64,000 nucleotides of DNA, from positions 60,388,001 through 60,452,000 of the forward strand of contig NC_083281.1 in NCBI RefSeq assembly GCF_963506605.1, read 5' to 3'. Both the position numbers and the translations under genes were made by a program. The DNA comes from Zootoca vivipara (lineage: Eukaryota). Below are positions 36,765-56,704 of the stretch, one piece after another; position 1 is the first letter of the stretch; each line of letters opens with the position of its first letter. The notes under the pieces were generated by a model, which had not been told where the DNA came from, did not search any database, and worked only from the letters and a program-made list of their open reading frames with translations.

Positions 36765-37311
36765 GTGCACAGTGGAGAGTCAACAGCACTCAGTGTGATG
36801 GATACCATCAAGGAAAGCTAGCAGCCCAGTCCTGGACCCCCCTGTCAATAAATGGGAATCCCACCACAATGAATCCTTTCATGGTTTCACTTTTCCCACC
36901 TCCCACATTTGGAAGTGGAGGAAGAGGAGGAGGAGGAAGGGCAAAGCTTAGCCACATATAAATGAGGTTGATGATGGATATTCACTTCCAAATAAATATG
37001 TTTGGTAAATGTTTTAAGATTCCCAGTCAATAATGGACCAGTATCTGCATGGGTGATTAGTATTGTTGGAGCAGGGGGAACATCTTAGCCATACCTGCAC
37101 TCCTAGAAAGGAAGGTCCAGGCAAAATATGTTGCGAAGGGTTTGGGAGATTCATTGGATTGCACCTAGAGAGGGTGTGGTGTAGGTATAAGGCGCAATCC
37201 ACCCTGAGCACATTCTGTGGAAGTTGCTGAAGCCTTTGTTAAATCCCCCACATCCTCCTGCAACAAGCCTAAGTACTTGTAACTGCTATAATCATATAGG
37301 CTCCACATGTA

Positions 37312-37668
37312 AAGGTAAAGGTAAAGAGACCCCTGACCGTTGGGTCCAGTCGCAGACGACTCTGGGGTTGCGGCGCTCATCTTGCTTTACTGGCCGGGGG
37401 CGCCAGCATACAGCTTCCGGGTCATGTGGCCAGCATGACAAAGCCACTTCTTGCGAACCAGAGCAGCACACGGAAACACTATTTACCTTCCCGCCGGAGC
37501 ATGTACCTATTTATCTATTTGCACTTTGACGTGCTTTTGAACTGCTAGGTTGGCAGGAGCAGGGACCGAACAACAGGAGCTCACCTTGTCGCGGGGATTC
37601 AAACCACCGACCTTCTGATCGGCAAGCCCTAGGCTCAGTGGTTTAGACCACAGTGCCACCCGCGTCCC
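37312..37668 (-). mobile_element. Sauria SINE, full length
   Basis: tRNA-like head (GGGACGCGGGTGGCACTGTGGT..., GGTTTGAATCCCC), (ACCTTT)n tail; TSD GGCTCCACATGTA at 37299-311 and 37673-685. Confidence 0.85.
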
Positions 37669-37992
37669 AACTGGCTCCACATGTACTATATATTAAACAC
37701 AGTATCATATCACTTTAAACTGTTATGGCTTCCTCCAAATAATCCTGAAAACTGTAGTTTGTTAAGGGTACTGAGAATCATTAGGAGATCCCTATTTCCC
37801 TCCCAAAGCTACAATAGTTCTCTGGAAAGAGGGATTGGCTGTTGGGTTTCCCCACAACCAGGTGGGTGGCCACTGTGGGAGCAGGATGCTGGACTAGAGG
37901 GGCCATTGGCCTGATCCAGAAGGCTCTTAAATTCTTATGTTAAACTACTATGAAAATTGTATCTGTGATAGAACCTTCACACTGCACACTGA

Positions 37993-40900
37993 CAACACAC
38001 GGGAGAGAACAGCATCTTTCCTAGTTTTCTCAGCTATATCCGTAGCTGTTACAGGAGCCCCCGGAAGTGTTTCTAGCATCATAATGTGCTCCGCCGGAGC
38101 AGGATCCTCATTGCTCCCGCCAGGAAGGGGCAATCGACTCAGCGCATCAGCATGGCACAACTGTTTCCCCGGCACATGGGTCAAGGTGTACTGGAACCCA
38201 TTCAGGAATATTGACCAACGCAACATTCTGGGGGAGAGAATTTGTGGCGTTTGTTTGTTTGGGTTGAACAACCCTAACAGTGGTTTGTGGTCCGTTTCAA
38301 TGGAGAAATGGCGACCGTACAAATAATCATAGAACCTTTTGATTCCGGACACAATAGCCAGTGCCTCTTTATCAATTTGAGCATAGTTGCGCTCTGTGGG
38401 CGACAACGTACGGGAATAGAAAGAGATGGGCTTTTCCGACCCATCCGGTTCCCTATGACTCAGCACAGCCCCCAGACCGTATTGAGAGGCATCACATGCC
38501 AGGACCAGCGGCTTTGACTCATCATAATGAGCAAGGACGCTCCTGCTACTCAGCATTCCTCGCAAGGAGTCAAAAGCCTTCTGCTGCTCCCGCCCCCATC
38601 GCCACACATTCTTTTTCTGCAATAGTCTATGTAATGGTTCAGCTACCGAAGCTTTCTGGGGTAAGAACGAATGATAAAAGTTAATAAGTCCCAGGAATGA
38701 CTGCAACTCCGTCTTGTTCTGTGGTCGTGGTGCCTCGATGATGGCCTTAATCTTAGCATCTGTGGGGTGGATGCCTGATGCATCAATTTTAAACCCCAAG
38801 AAATCCACAGTTGGCACCCCAAAACTGCATTTTTCTTTTTTCAGTTGCAACCCCACCTCCTTGAACTTGAGCAACACTGCACGGACACGCGCAACCAGTT
38901 CCTGTGGGTCTTTTCCAGCAATCAAAACATCATCAAAAATGGCAAGACCCCCGGCAGACCTCTTAACAGGCGTTCCATGAGCCCTTGAAAAATCCCTGGG
39001 GCCACACAAACTCCGAACTGTAATCTGTTAACTCTGAACGCCCCTTTATGTGTGACAATAGTCTGTGCTTCCGCTGATTGTGGGGTTACGGGCAGCTGTG
39101 GGTAAGCTTGTGCCAGGTCAATTTTGGCGAACACCTTGCCCCCAGCCAGTTTAGCCAACAGATGTGATACGACTGGAATGGGGTATGAGTTTCCCCTGAG
39201 CGCCTTATTGATAGTACATTTGTAATCTGCACATATCCTGACTTCCCCATTTGCTTTAAGGGGTGTGACGATTGGAGTCTCCCACTTAGCAGAGTCCACG
39301 GGTGAGAGAACTCCCTGCTTGACCAATTTATCCAGCTCTGCCTCGATCTTGGGTTGCAGTGCAAATGGCACTCGCCTTGGTTTGAGTCGGATTGGAGCCA
39401 CCCCGGGGTCCAACTCGAAGTCAACTGGGGGCCCTTTATAACAACCCAGTTTTCCATTAAAGAGATCAGCAAATTCCTTGCATAATACCTCACTCATCTC
39501 AGGGCAGGTTTGGATTGAATTAAGCCCTGAGATACTCAGTCCCAGGGCAGGGAACCAGTCAGTGCCCAGGAGACTGGGGCGACTGCCCTTCGCAATCACC
39601 AGTTTGAGTACAGCCTGTTTGTCCCGGAACTGTACTCTCACGGCACACATTCCCATAACATGGATGCGGCCTGCTGAGTACGACTGCAAGGTTGCCGGAA
39701 AGGGCTCCAGAGGGGGCAACTTACCCCTGGGGAAGAATGTCTTCGCGGTCTGGTCCGACACGATGGTGAATGCGGATCCGGAGTCCACCTCCATGTCGCA
39801 CTGCTGACCCTCAATCTTCACCTTGACGTGTGCCTTGCCTTGCGCTGGAAACTGCACGGCCCTCCCGTTGATCTCCGTTACGTAGTGGCAGTCCTTTAGA
39901 AAACGAGTTGCTGTGGGCGGTCTGCGATGCTCCAGTCTAGGTGCTCCTGTCGCTCCCGACGCCGCCGATCTACAGACCCTGGCGATGTGACCCGTCTTTC
40001 CGCACGTCCGGCAGATAGCATCCCTGAAACGACAACTCTTCCTTTCATGGTTTCCGCCACAACCTGGGCAACTGCCTCGGCGATCTCTGTGCACTGTGCA
40101 GGCCTGACGCACCGACTCGACCCCACGGACTGGGCTCTGGCTCGGAGTAGCCTCTAGCTCGTCCATGGCATGCGCAACTTCTATCTGTGGCTTAGTGGCC
40201 TTGCGACTGGCATCAAGCTCCTCTCTTTCATAATTCTCCGTGGCGGTGGCCTCTTTCAAGGCTGAAGCAAGGGTAACCTCTTCTTTAGCCACGATGCGTC
40301 TTCTGGCTTTCTTGCTGCTCAGACCACCAATAAACCGATCCAGGAGAGTCTCTTCCAGATTTTGGAAGCCGCAGTGCTGAGCGAGCTTCCGGAGTTCAGC
40401 CAGAAATGTGGATACAGACTCCCCAGCATGCTGCTGCCTCTTATGGAACTCCATCCGCCGGGCCATCTTGGTCTCAGTAGGCGCCAAGTGGCTTGTTAGG
40501 CAGGCAAGAATATCTTTGAGAGATGTCTCACTCAGCTTCGCTGGAGCAAGTAATGCCTTGGCCAGCTTGAAGGTCTCGGGCCCACAGTAGCTCAGGAATG
40601 TGGCCCTTCTTTTGCTGGCATCGGTGATCCCTTGAGCCACTGCAAAGAACTCGAAGCGTTCGACGTAGTCTTCCCAGGTGTGGGGCTCTGATGGCTGGAA
40701 GGGCTCCAATACCCTTGGACTCTCCATTGTCCTAGCGGGCAGGGTCGTCTTCTCAGCTGGCCAGTGAGTCTTGTTCTCAGCTGCAATCCGGACTCTGAGG
40801 CAGGGTTGTGTTTAACCGCTCCTCGGCATTCCGGATCCCACCTTCGTCGCCAGTTGTTGTGACGTGGGGTTTGTGATTTCAGCTCTCTTGACAAAACATG

Positions 40901-41205
40901 CTGGAGACAGTTCTCTAGTAACAGCTCTTTATTAAAGTGAACAAGACTGAAGACTGAGGAGAGGAAAGCTACATTTATAGGGACAGGGGACTAGCTAGGA
41001 AGGGATACATTTTGGAGGGAACAATATCAAGCAATCACAGTGCTGCCTTTTGGAGGAAACCAATAAGACAGAGGATCCAAATACAGCAGCTTAAATGAAC
41101 CAATAGTAGCTGTACCCTCTGGAACCAAAAGGCAGTTACTTTATCCTAATGCAAATACAGACAATAATAATACAGATATAAAATCCTTTGACTCAATACA
41201 CAACA
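37993..41205 (-). mobile_element. Gypsy/Ty3 LTR retrotransposon (Mag-like), 3'-truncated: 5'LTR, PBS, gag-PR-RT-RNaseH; integrase and 3'LTR missing
   Basis: LTR 40855-41205 with TGTTGTG...CACAACA termini; PBS 40835-40852. ORF 40727-38922 has CCHC knuckles (CRTCGKTGHIARVC), protease VDSGS and RT; after a frameshift it continues in ORF 39009-37948 (FDDVLI, RNaseH ACDAS...KEALA...TDHKPL, ADALSR). Confidence 0.93.
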
Positions 41206-42029
41206 ATATGAAACTCTATCATCGCACCCGGCCACAACTCATCAGATAAAGTGTGAGCAGCATCACCCTGCTCTCGTGTGAAGATGAAGCACAGAAGGCA
41301 GAGCTTTGATGAAGGTGCATTTGGCACAAAAAGGGAACACATTATGTCTGGAAGACACAATGGTGCAAAAGGAACCTCTAACTGGAGATGCAAGAGTAAG
41401 GCACCCTACATGTAGGGAGGGACAGAACTATTCGTTTATTTATTTTATCACTTTTATGTACAATCTTTCGGCCAAGACAGTTTGCAATTTAAAATATTAG
41501 ATTAAATGCTACAAAATATATTCAGGCCAACATCATACAGAGTAAGCATGCACTGTGGGTGTGGCTATGAAACCCAACACGCAGCAAAGTTGCACCAGTG
41601 AAGGCAACAATGGGGAGTACACTCTGTGAATGGCAGCTACTCCACTTCAGCCATTGTTGTTTTTGGTGAAATGCTTCATGGCCCCTCTTGCCTTGCCAGG
41701 ATCACAGGCTTGGTCAAATAGAGCAGAGAATAGCCATTTAAGATTGCAACACACAATGTTCCACTGCAACTCCTTGCATGGCCTAGATGACTATTGCCAC
41801 AGTGACTGTAGTCTCGATCCTGGCAGGTGCATCTTTCTGACAGGTGCATCTCTCAATGTAGACATTGGATGGTTGGAGGAGAATGAAAGCCCAGGTGGGC
41901 TAAAGCATCACATTCCTCCAAACTCCCTCTACCAATTGCAAAGCATCTAAACTCAGGCTCTATATTTTGCTGTATATTACCTTATGTACAGCTTTAGTAT
42001 TAAAGTTTTGGGGTGTTTTTTAGAAGGCT

Positions 42030-42074
<45 letters not shown>

Positions 42075-42367
42075 TTTGGAACTTGTTATTTATGTTCTGT
42101 AAGCCACTTAGAACGCTATGCAGGAAAAAATGATAATTTAGAAAAGGTGTGTTCCCCCCTCTTCAATCTAATCTAGGATGACTGAATCCTTCCTCTCTCT
42201 CCCTCCCGCCTAATTTTAGTACCACAGTTTCTCCCGCTCGGAGCAAAGGGCTCGCACAGCAACCGCTGCTAGGGGCTCTGTGCGGAAGTTCATACTGTAA
42301 CTGTGCGGAAGTGGCTTGAGAATGCGCAGTGGCTGTGGGGGAAGTAGACGTGCGCTCTGCTTCGGCC

Positions 42368-49697
<7,330 letters not shown>

Positions 49698-50911
49698 GGA
49701 TGACACTGCTCCCGGTAAGGACAGGCGTGGGCTGGAGTAAAGTGTACTTAACAACAGTGGAAGCTGCCTTATACCGAGCCACACCATTGGTCCATCTATT
49801 GTATTGTCTACTCTACACTGATTGGCAGCAGCTTTCCAGGGATTTCAAGCAGAGCTGTCTCCCAGCTCTACCTCCAGACACCAGGAATTGAACCTGGGAC
49901 ATCAAACCCCATTTCAGCCTGGCCATGTCTGTACGTACCTGACACCAGATGCAATATATGTTCTCAGGTGCAATGCAGGAGAATGTGGCTTCATCAGGTG
50001 TGGAGGCTTGGCCTAATTAGACCTGTGGACTGTGGGTTCCCCACCACTAACCTAGAAATATAGCCAGCTAGGAGTCTTATGAAGCTGTAGCTGCTCCACT
50101 ATTCTCTGCTGTTTATGTCTCCCATGTGCTTTCAAACAGCTGTGACCACAGGAAGCTGAAAGCAGGGCACGGAATTTGTGGCCCATGGGCCAACTTTGGC
50201 CTACCATGCTGCTCCTAGCAAACCATGCCCACCTGCTCCACACCTGAAGCAGCTACCAATGTGGCTTCAAAGGAACGATAGGCTGTTAAAGGAAGCTACC
50301 GATTGTTCCTTTGCTGAAGCAAAGTGTGTTCAAGCCACCCATTAGCTGATGAATGGTAGGAGTATGGCATGCTCTGGGATCAGGAAGCAGGTTGCACTGA
50401 AGCCCTTGCTAAAACAAAAGGGGCATACGAATAGCATGAAGTCTTTGAAAACACCTTTGAAATACTGGACTGAAAGCAAATGATGCTTAGGGAATGTTCA
50501 GGGAGGTTTTTAAGCAGAGACCACCGATGCCCTAGAAGGGGGTTTCCTGCACTGGCAGGGTTTGGGACTGGATAACCTTTCCAGCCCCTCCCAACTCCAT
50601 GGTTGCAGGAGTGCTGTCGCCTGAATGCAAAGAAACAAATCTGAAACAATTGTGGTACTTCTGTTTCTCTTTGAAAGGGCAGAGCTTGAAGAGAGGCAGT
50701 GCTGGCTGCTGCCAGGCACGTCGGGACAGAGAGCCAGGAGCCTACAGAGGGTGTCGTGACAGCTCCCATGTTCTTCATAGGAATCAGCTGCCCCTGCTGG
50801 GAGACACTGATTACCAACTGGGAGCTAGCTTGCCAAGCTGCACCGAAGCTCCTGAATTATCAGCTCAACTCTTCCCTGATGGAAAGAGCAGGGCCCAAAT
50901 AGTAGCCCCTT

Positions 50912-51016
50912 AAAGGTAAAGGGACCCCGACCATTAGGTCCAGTTGCAGATGACTCTGGGGTTGCGGCGCTCATCTCGTTTTATTGGCTGAGGGAGCCGG
51001 CATACAGCTTCCAGGT
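50912..51016 (-). mobile_element. 5'-truncated Sauria SINE
   Basis: Matches the 3' ~100 nt of the 37312-37668 copy. Confidence 0.75.
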
Positions 51017-51062
51017 CTCTTCTTTGCGGGCAAAACCCAAGACTGAACCAGGACTGTGTCTC

Positions 51063-51068
51063 AATAAA
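51063..51068 (+). terminator. Candidate CDK10 poly(A) signal AATAAA
   Basis: AATAAA ~1.4 kb downstream of the CDK10 stop, followed by T/GT-rich sequence. Confidence 0.4.
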
Positions 51069-52589
51069 GTCTTTTACCACTGCCGTCTTTGAGTACCAGT
51101 AGTGTACCTGGAGGGTGAATACTAAAGCTGCTGTGAGCCTTAGCAGAAGGACTGGGAGGGTGGGGAGGGAGATGCCAGATCCCTAGGAGGCAGCCTTATA
51201 TATAGTGGAGGGAAGTTCCTAGGCAGCAACAGCAGCACCTCTGCATTTAGAGATGCTCAGGCACCTTTAACTCCCACACTGTTTTGCATCCCTACCTGCA
51301 TGCACTGCTTGTTCTGTGCGTCAAGCTCTGCTTAGCAACTTACCGTGGGTGAGGGTTGGAAGATCAGGGACTTCAACCTCTTCGCATCTCTATTGTAGCA
51401 AACACATAAGCATATATCCCTTCTTGGTCCAGTGAGCTTTTGAAGGCCTTCCTTTCTGATTCAGAGGTGAAAATGGGAGTGTCTCTGGAGCACAGCAGCG
51501 TATTCAAGTTCTTGCTCTTCTCCACTGCTGAAAATTCACCCACTTGTTATGGACAGTCAAGCAGCAGCAGCAGCTTCAAATGAAGGCTCAAGCAGAATCC
51601 TTTTGCTAGATCTGTGATATTGCTTTGCTTTGTGTAGGGAAACAGAAAATAGGTGTCTGAAGCACCTTTAGGAGGCTGAAACGTTATGCCACAAGCATCA
51701 AAAAAGAGAACTGACCAGTTACACCTGTCTCCTGACTTTTGTGCATGGGCCAAAGTGACACTGGGAAGACTAGGTGGCCAAGGGGGAAAGTGTGGGAGGG
51801 AAGTTTCCAGAACAGCCTTGAAAAGAACTACTGTAATAGACAAGTGTGTCTTACTTCTGGAAGTGCTTGTCCTTAATGATCAGAAAATTCTGATGGGTTA
51901 ACTCCATGATACGTATGAAGCTGCTTTATACTAAGCCAAACAGCTAGCAGTAGTTTCAACTTTTCCAGATCTGGGAGCCTGCTTTCACCTAAGCATGCTT
52001 TTGGAGACGGAATTCTTAATTTTTTACCATATATTTCTATGATGGTACATGATATCCCCACCCCCATGGGACAAATCACATGTCAATCATCTAATGTCAT
52101 TATGCTTTCAGCAGGGAGTAGCTGCTCAATCCAGTTGCCCACAGAAAATTTGGTTGTGCAGCAGTATCTCTCCCTGCTCCATATATGACATCACATATGA
52201 CATCAGGTGGGAGGCAGGTAGGCGTGGTTTGAGAAAAATAGAAACCCTGGGCCAAATGGAGACCTAGTGCAGGCCAAATTTGACCAAAGAGCCAGAGGTT
52301 CCAAAGCCCTATGCTAGTGGATCCCAGCCTACCAGCTAAAGACCAATGATCTAGCCTAATATTGTCTATTTGCCAGGGTCTCTGGCAGAGAGAAGTTGCT
52401 ACCCAGTCCTTTTAAATCAGTGCTGCTGAGACCCCCTGCGTGCAACACAGCAGCTCTACCCCTGAGCTATGTAGTCCCCAACTGGGTTCCTTCCAGTGAG
52501 GATTCAAACTCTGGAACTCAACTACCCACACTACTGGGGGGGGGGGTGAGAGAAAAGAAATCCAGAGAAGAAAGGAGATTACACTTCTG

Positions 52590-52595
52590 TTTATT
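52590..52595 (-). terminator. Candidate SPATA2L poly(A) signal AATAAA
   Basis: TTTATT on + strand ~950 nt past the SPATA2L stop, with a U/C-rich downstream tract on the minus strand. Confidence 0.45.
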
Positions 52596-53544
52596 TTGCA
52601 CCTCTGCTTCTGTAAACCACCAGGGAGATGCTGAGTGCCTCTGAGGGCTTGGGAACAGCTCTGCCCCTGCCTAGTAGCAGGTGACTCAAACCCAGCATTA
52701 AGGCTTTTCCTGCGCTGTCTCAGCCTCCATAGGAGAGCCACAAGGATTCAGGAAAAGGTATAAACAAGGATATAAACAAGGAGAGGCAACCTCCACCCCC
52801 TCCTGTAATCTCAGCCCATCTTCTCCCATGGCAGCTCCCTTTGGTAGCTTCCCCCCAAACCTTGGTGCCCTCCAGATGTCTTCCACTACAGTTCCCATCA
52901 GCCCCAGCATTCTAATGCTCTGCTGGCTGCAGAAGGTGGCAACTGTAGTGCAAAACAACTGGAGGGCACCCAGTTGGGGAAAGGCTGCCCTACATCCTTT
53001 GGAATACACACAGAGCAGATGAACATCATGTAAAACTTCATTGTGCCCTGATATTACAAAAGATGGGATTCTGGCAGAGGAGTGTGCGTGTCCTTCTAAC
53101 ATGTCAATTGATTCGCCATTTCTTGTCAGCCAGCTGGAACCACTTTCAGATTAAACCATGCCCCCCCAAATGCTCAGTGGAAAGGATGAGGGAAGCGAAG
53201 GGGGGAGAAACTCACCTGTCCAGCAAACACTACTGCGGGAGACTGTTTAGGACTGGATCCTCCCACCCCCACAAATTTGTTCACCTAAATCCTCAAAATA
53301 TTTAGGATTTGAGAAAAGTCCTGTTGGTCGGGAAAAGAATGTATGCTGAAAAGAGTGTCTGGCTGTTTTTTCCTCTGAAACAAAAATAAGTGTTTTTCAG
53401 AAAATTGGGAGAGGGAAGACCTGGGAGAGGGGAGACAAAAAGCAGGCTGTGTGTGCAGTTCTAGATGAAGCCTCAGAACTGCAGAGGAAGCAGCTTTTCT
53501 GTCCAAGGTCCGGTTGATGCCCTGGTGGGTTTTCCCAGCGTGCG

Positions 53545-55898
53545 CTATTGCCAGACTCCTGGCACCCCCTCGTGCAGCAGCTTGTCCACCTCTGTCCTCT
53601 GCAGCCAGAGGCGCTGCTGCTTCTCGCTTTGCAGCTCTTCCATGTGGTGGCTGCTCCGGCAGACCTGCGCTCCGTCGCAGCTGCCGCCGTGCAGCAGCCT
53701 GCAGGTGTTGCAGCAGGAGGCCGGGAGGGTGCCCGGGTGCATGCACGAATGCAGGTGATAGCGCGGCGGCTCTGTCGGGGACATCCCTGGACCTGGCACC
53801 GGAGCTCGGCGCATCCCCGTGGGGCTCAGCTGGGGGCTCCTTGGCTGCCTTGCTGAGGGAGAGGCTGGGCTGCTGCCCCGGTGGAGCTGGGGGCCGCCAG
53901 GGCTGTCGTAGTGAGGGCTGGGAGACAAGAAGCGGCTTCCCGGAGGCGTGGGGTAGTCCGCTTCCGAAGTTCTGCTAAGCTCCCGCCGCAGGGAGATAAA
54001 GGAGAAGGAGGTCTCCAGATCGGGGCCCTCCGAGGCTGGGATCCCGTTGCCGTATGGTGGCTCCTCCGGGCCCAGCACCCACATCTTGCTCCTGTTCTCC
54101 GCAAGCCCCTGCGGACTCTGGAAGTGCTGCTCTCTGCTCCGCAACCGGGGGCTGCTGCGCTCGCAGAGGGGGATGGGCTGCTGCTGCTGCGATGACAATG
54201 GCAACCTAGGTCCCAAAGGGTCACCATACGGGCCCTGCCCTTCCGGACCCTCCCTGTACAGGTCTATCGCATCAGCTGGCTCCACACGGAAATCTCTGCC
54301 CCTAGGCCATCGCACCAGGCTCTGCAATTTGGCCACACAGTTCTCCAGGCTGCCTTTGGCTTCCCTGCGGGCCTGGAGAAGATCTTCAGGTGAAGCGGTG
54401 TACGGCTCCAGCTCCTGCACGATCTTCCCCAGGATCTCGCACTCGACCCTGGCTGCAAAAAAGCAGCAGGCTGCAGTGAGGAGGCTGGCACTCGGGGGCA
54501 GCTGGGCAATGACCAGGTGGAGGCTGTCTCTCGGGATGTAGCCCAGCCGGCGGAAACTCCTGGTGATTTCGGCCTCAGGCAGGACTCCCTGGAGGACGTG
54601 CACGTAAACACCTGAGAAAGTCTGCAGAGAAAGACACAGACTTAGTGCCCTGCATTGCTCGACACACAAATTTAATACTGTTACAAAGCAATTTACACAG
54701 CCATCGATAAAACAATCTATTTTCTTTTCTTTAATTGCCATGCCAGGAGTTTTCCCACTGAAGTAAATGAACATGGCTACCTTAGGTTCATTAATTTCAG
54801 TAGCTCTTCTGTGAATATGACCAGTTTTGGATACAACTTTGGATACCACAAGTTTGTTTGTTCATTCAGTGACTAGGCATGGTACAAAGCAACAATATTA
54901 TCTTCGTATTATGCATGGGATTATACATGCTGCCCAGCTGTCATTGACCGGTAACCATTAGATAAAGTAGTGTTTCAGGTTAAGAACAGTTTCAGGTTAA
55001 GACCGGACCTCCGGAACAAATTAAGTTCTTAACCAGAGGTACTACTGTACATTTACTGAAAATGAGTATGAAATTTATCCATGCCATGAAATTAGCAGCT
55101 GTAGGAGTATGTGACTGGTTTTTGTTTTTTTTAATTAAAAGGAAGTTTTAAATTTGTTTTTATTTTAGGTTTAATTGTATTAAGCACTTCCATTTTGCTG
55201 TTTGCTGCCCTGCGCTCCTTTAGGAAGAAAGGCAGGACAGAAATTTAATACAGAATAATGATTCCTTCAGTTCTCTGGAAGAGAAGCAGGATTTCAGCAG
55301 TGAATATTACTACTCTGACCGGGACAGGAAACTATCAGGAAATGGAGGAAAAGGGGCTGAGAAGCTAAGTAAACCTCTGCACACCAATGAATGGAAGGTG
55401 GTTGGCTTTATTTTTTATATGTTGCACGTCTATATTTGAGGTGAGCTGCTCTTTGCATGATTTGGAAGTAAGGAAGGAATTCAAATAAGTAAAATAAACA
55501 ACTGTTTCTGTCTGCAATATAGCAGAGTCCTGTGCGGCCTCCTCCCTCTGCCCCCACAATGCCTGACTTCCCCCCACAATGCTCACTTTTATGGTTCCAA
55601 ATTCCTTGCGCCAGGGGAAGAAGTAAAGATTGATGGCTGCCAGCTCCAGCACCTCAAAGGCCCGGCCAAGATTCTGGAGCGCCAGTCCCAGATCCAGCTG
55701 TCCTCTCAGGGCCGCGGCAAGCATGGCGAAGGTGTCCTCCCCTCTCAGAGCACTGTGAACTTCTGGATCCTCCAGCAGTTGCCGCCACATCCGCTCCTTC
55801 AGGGACGAGTCAGTGCAGATGCCAGTGTGGCCCTGGTGGAAATTGTTCTCCAAGCACTGGCGATACTTCTCCTGCAGTGCCGCTCCAGGAGACAACAT
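53545..55898 (-). CDS. SPATA2L: Spermatogenesis-associated 2-like (N-terminal PUB-like domain, C-terminal Cys/His finger), 2 coding exons, ~462 aa
   Basis: Exons 55898-55587 (MLSPGAALQEKYRQCLE...LYFFPWRKEFGTIK) and 54621-53545 (TFSGVYVHVLQGVL...HSCMHPGTLPASCCNTCRLLHGGSC...*). GT-AG phase 0 intron; syntenic, tail-to-tail with CDK10. Confidence 0.93.
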
Positions 55899-56267
55899 CC
55901 TGCAGCGTGATGAGAGCAAAGCCCTGAACCTGGTCCCATTTGAAATTCCGTCAGTCAAATCAGCCTATGGCTACGAGTGGGATTGCCAAGTGAATGAATT
56001 CAGCCATCAAGCCCATAAAACACAGCCTTGTATACTGCACAGGGTGGTTGTATTGATTTACAAAACCCATAGATGAGTTTTCCCGCTGCAAAGAAAATAC
56101 CCATGCCAAATATATATAAAATTCCGCCCCCAGAAGCCCTTTAACATAAGCTGCAGTCCATAAATAGACTGATGCAGTATGGGCAGATATTCTTCATTTG
56201 CATGTGTATTCTCACTTCTCATGTTTTTTTCCAGTGTGTGTGTGTGTGTGTGTATTGCATTGAAAAG

Positions 56268-56704
56268 AACCTTTTCCTTGCAGCACTGAAGGATTTGTTT
56301 TTTTGTTTTTGTTTTAATCTTAAAGGAACAGGTTTTTTAAAAAGTTTTAAAAATCATAATTATAATAGCACACAAAAAAAGAATCTTATAATATCATTGG
56401 CAGGTATTGCAAGTAAATGTTTCTATATTTCAGACAAATGTCCCAATTATATTTAATTTGTTTATTGCTATCCCTTTCTAGAGGAGGGCTAAATCGTTTT
56501 TTAAAAGAGAGCTCATTACCTTCAGGTTTACAATCTAAGAAGGCATGACACAAAGGTGGAAAGGTGCATTTAGGTAACCCACCCTAAACAGTTTAGGGAC
56601 CCAAAGATTAAAACCAGCATTTTGAACTGGACCTGGAAACGCACTGGTAGCCAGAGCAATTGGTGCAGAAGTGTTGCATGATCAGACCATGTCTGGGTAA
56701 CAGT
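56268..56704 (+). repeat. ~437-bp local duplication, copy A (copy B = 59200-59415 + 60611-60848)
   Basis: Direct visual alignment with high identity; copy B is split by the BovB insertion. Confidence 0.92.

Noticed and set aside
41206-41400. Exon-like segment with a GTAAG donor next to the LTR
   Set aside because: Stops in all frames near the start, no clear acceptor and no recognisable homology.
54622-54849. N-terminal extension of the 434-aa ORF (MVSKVVSK...)
   Set aside because: Intronic read-through upstream of the SPATA2L acceptor at 54622; homology begins at TFSG.
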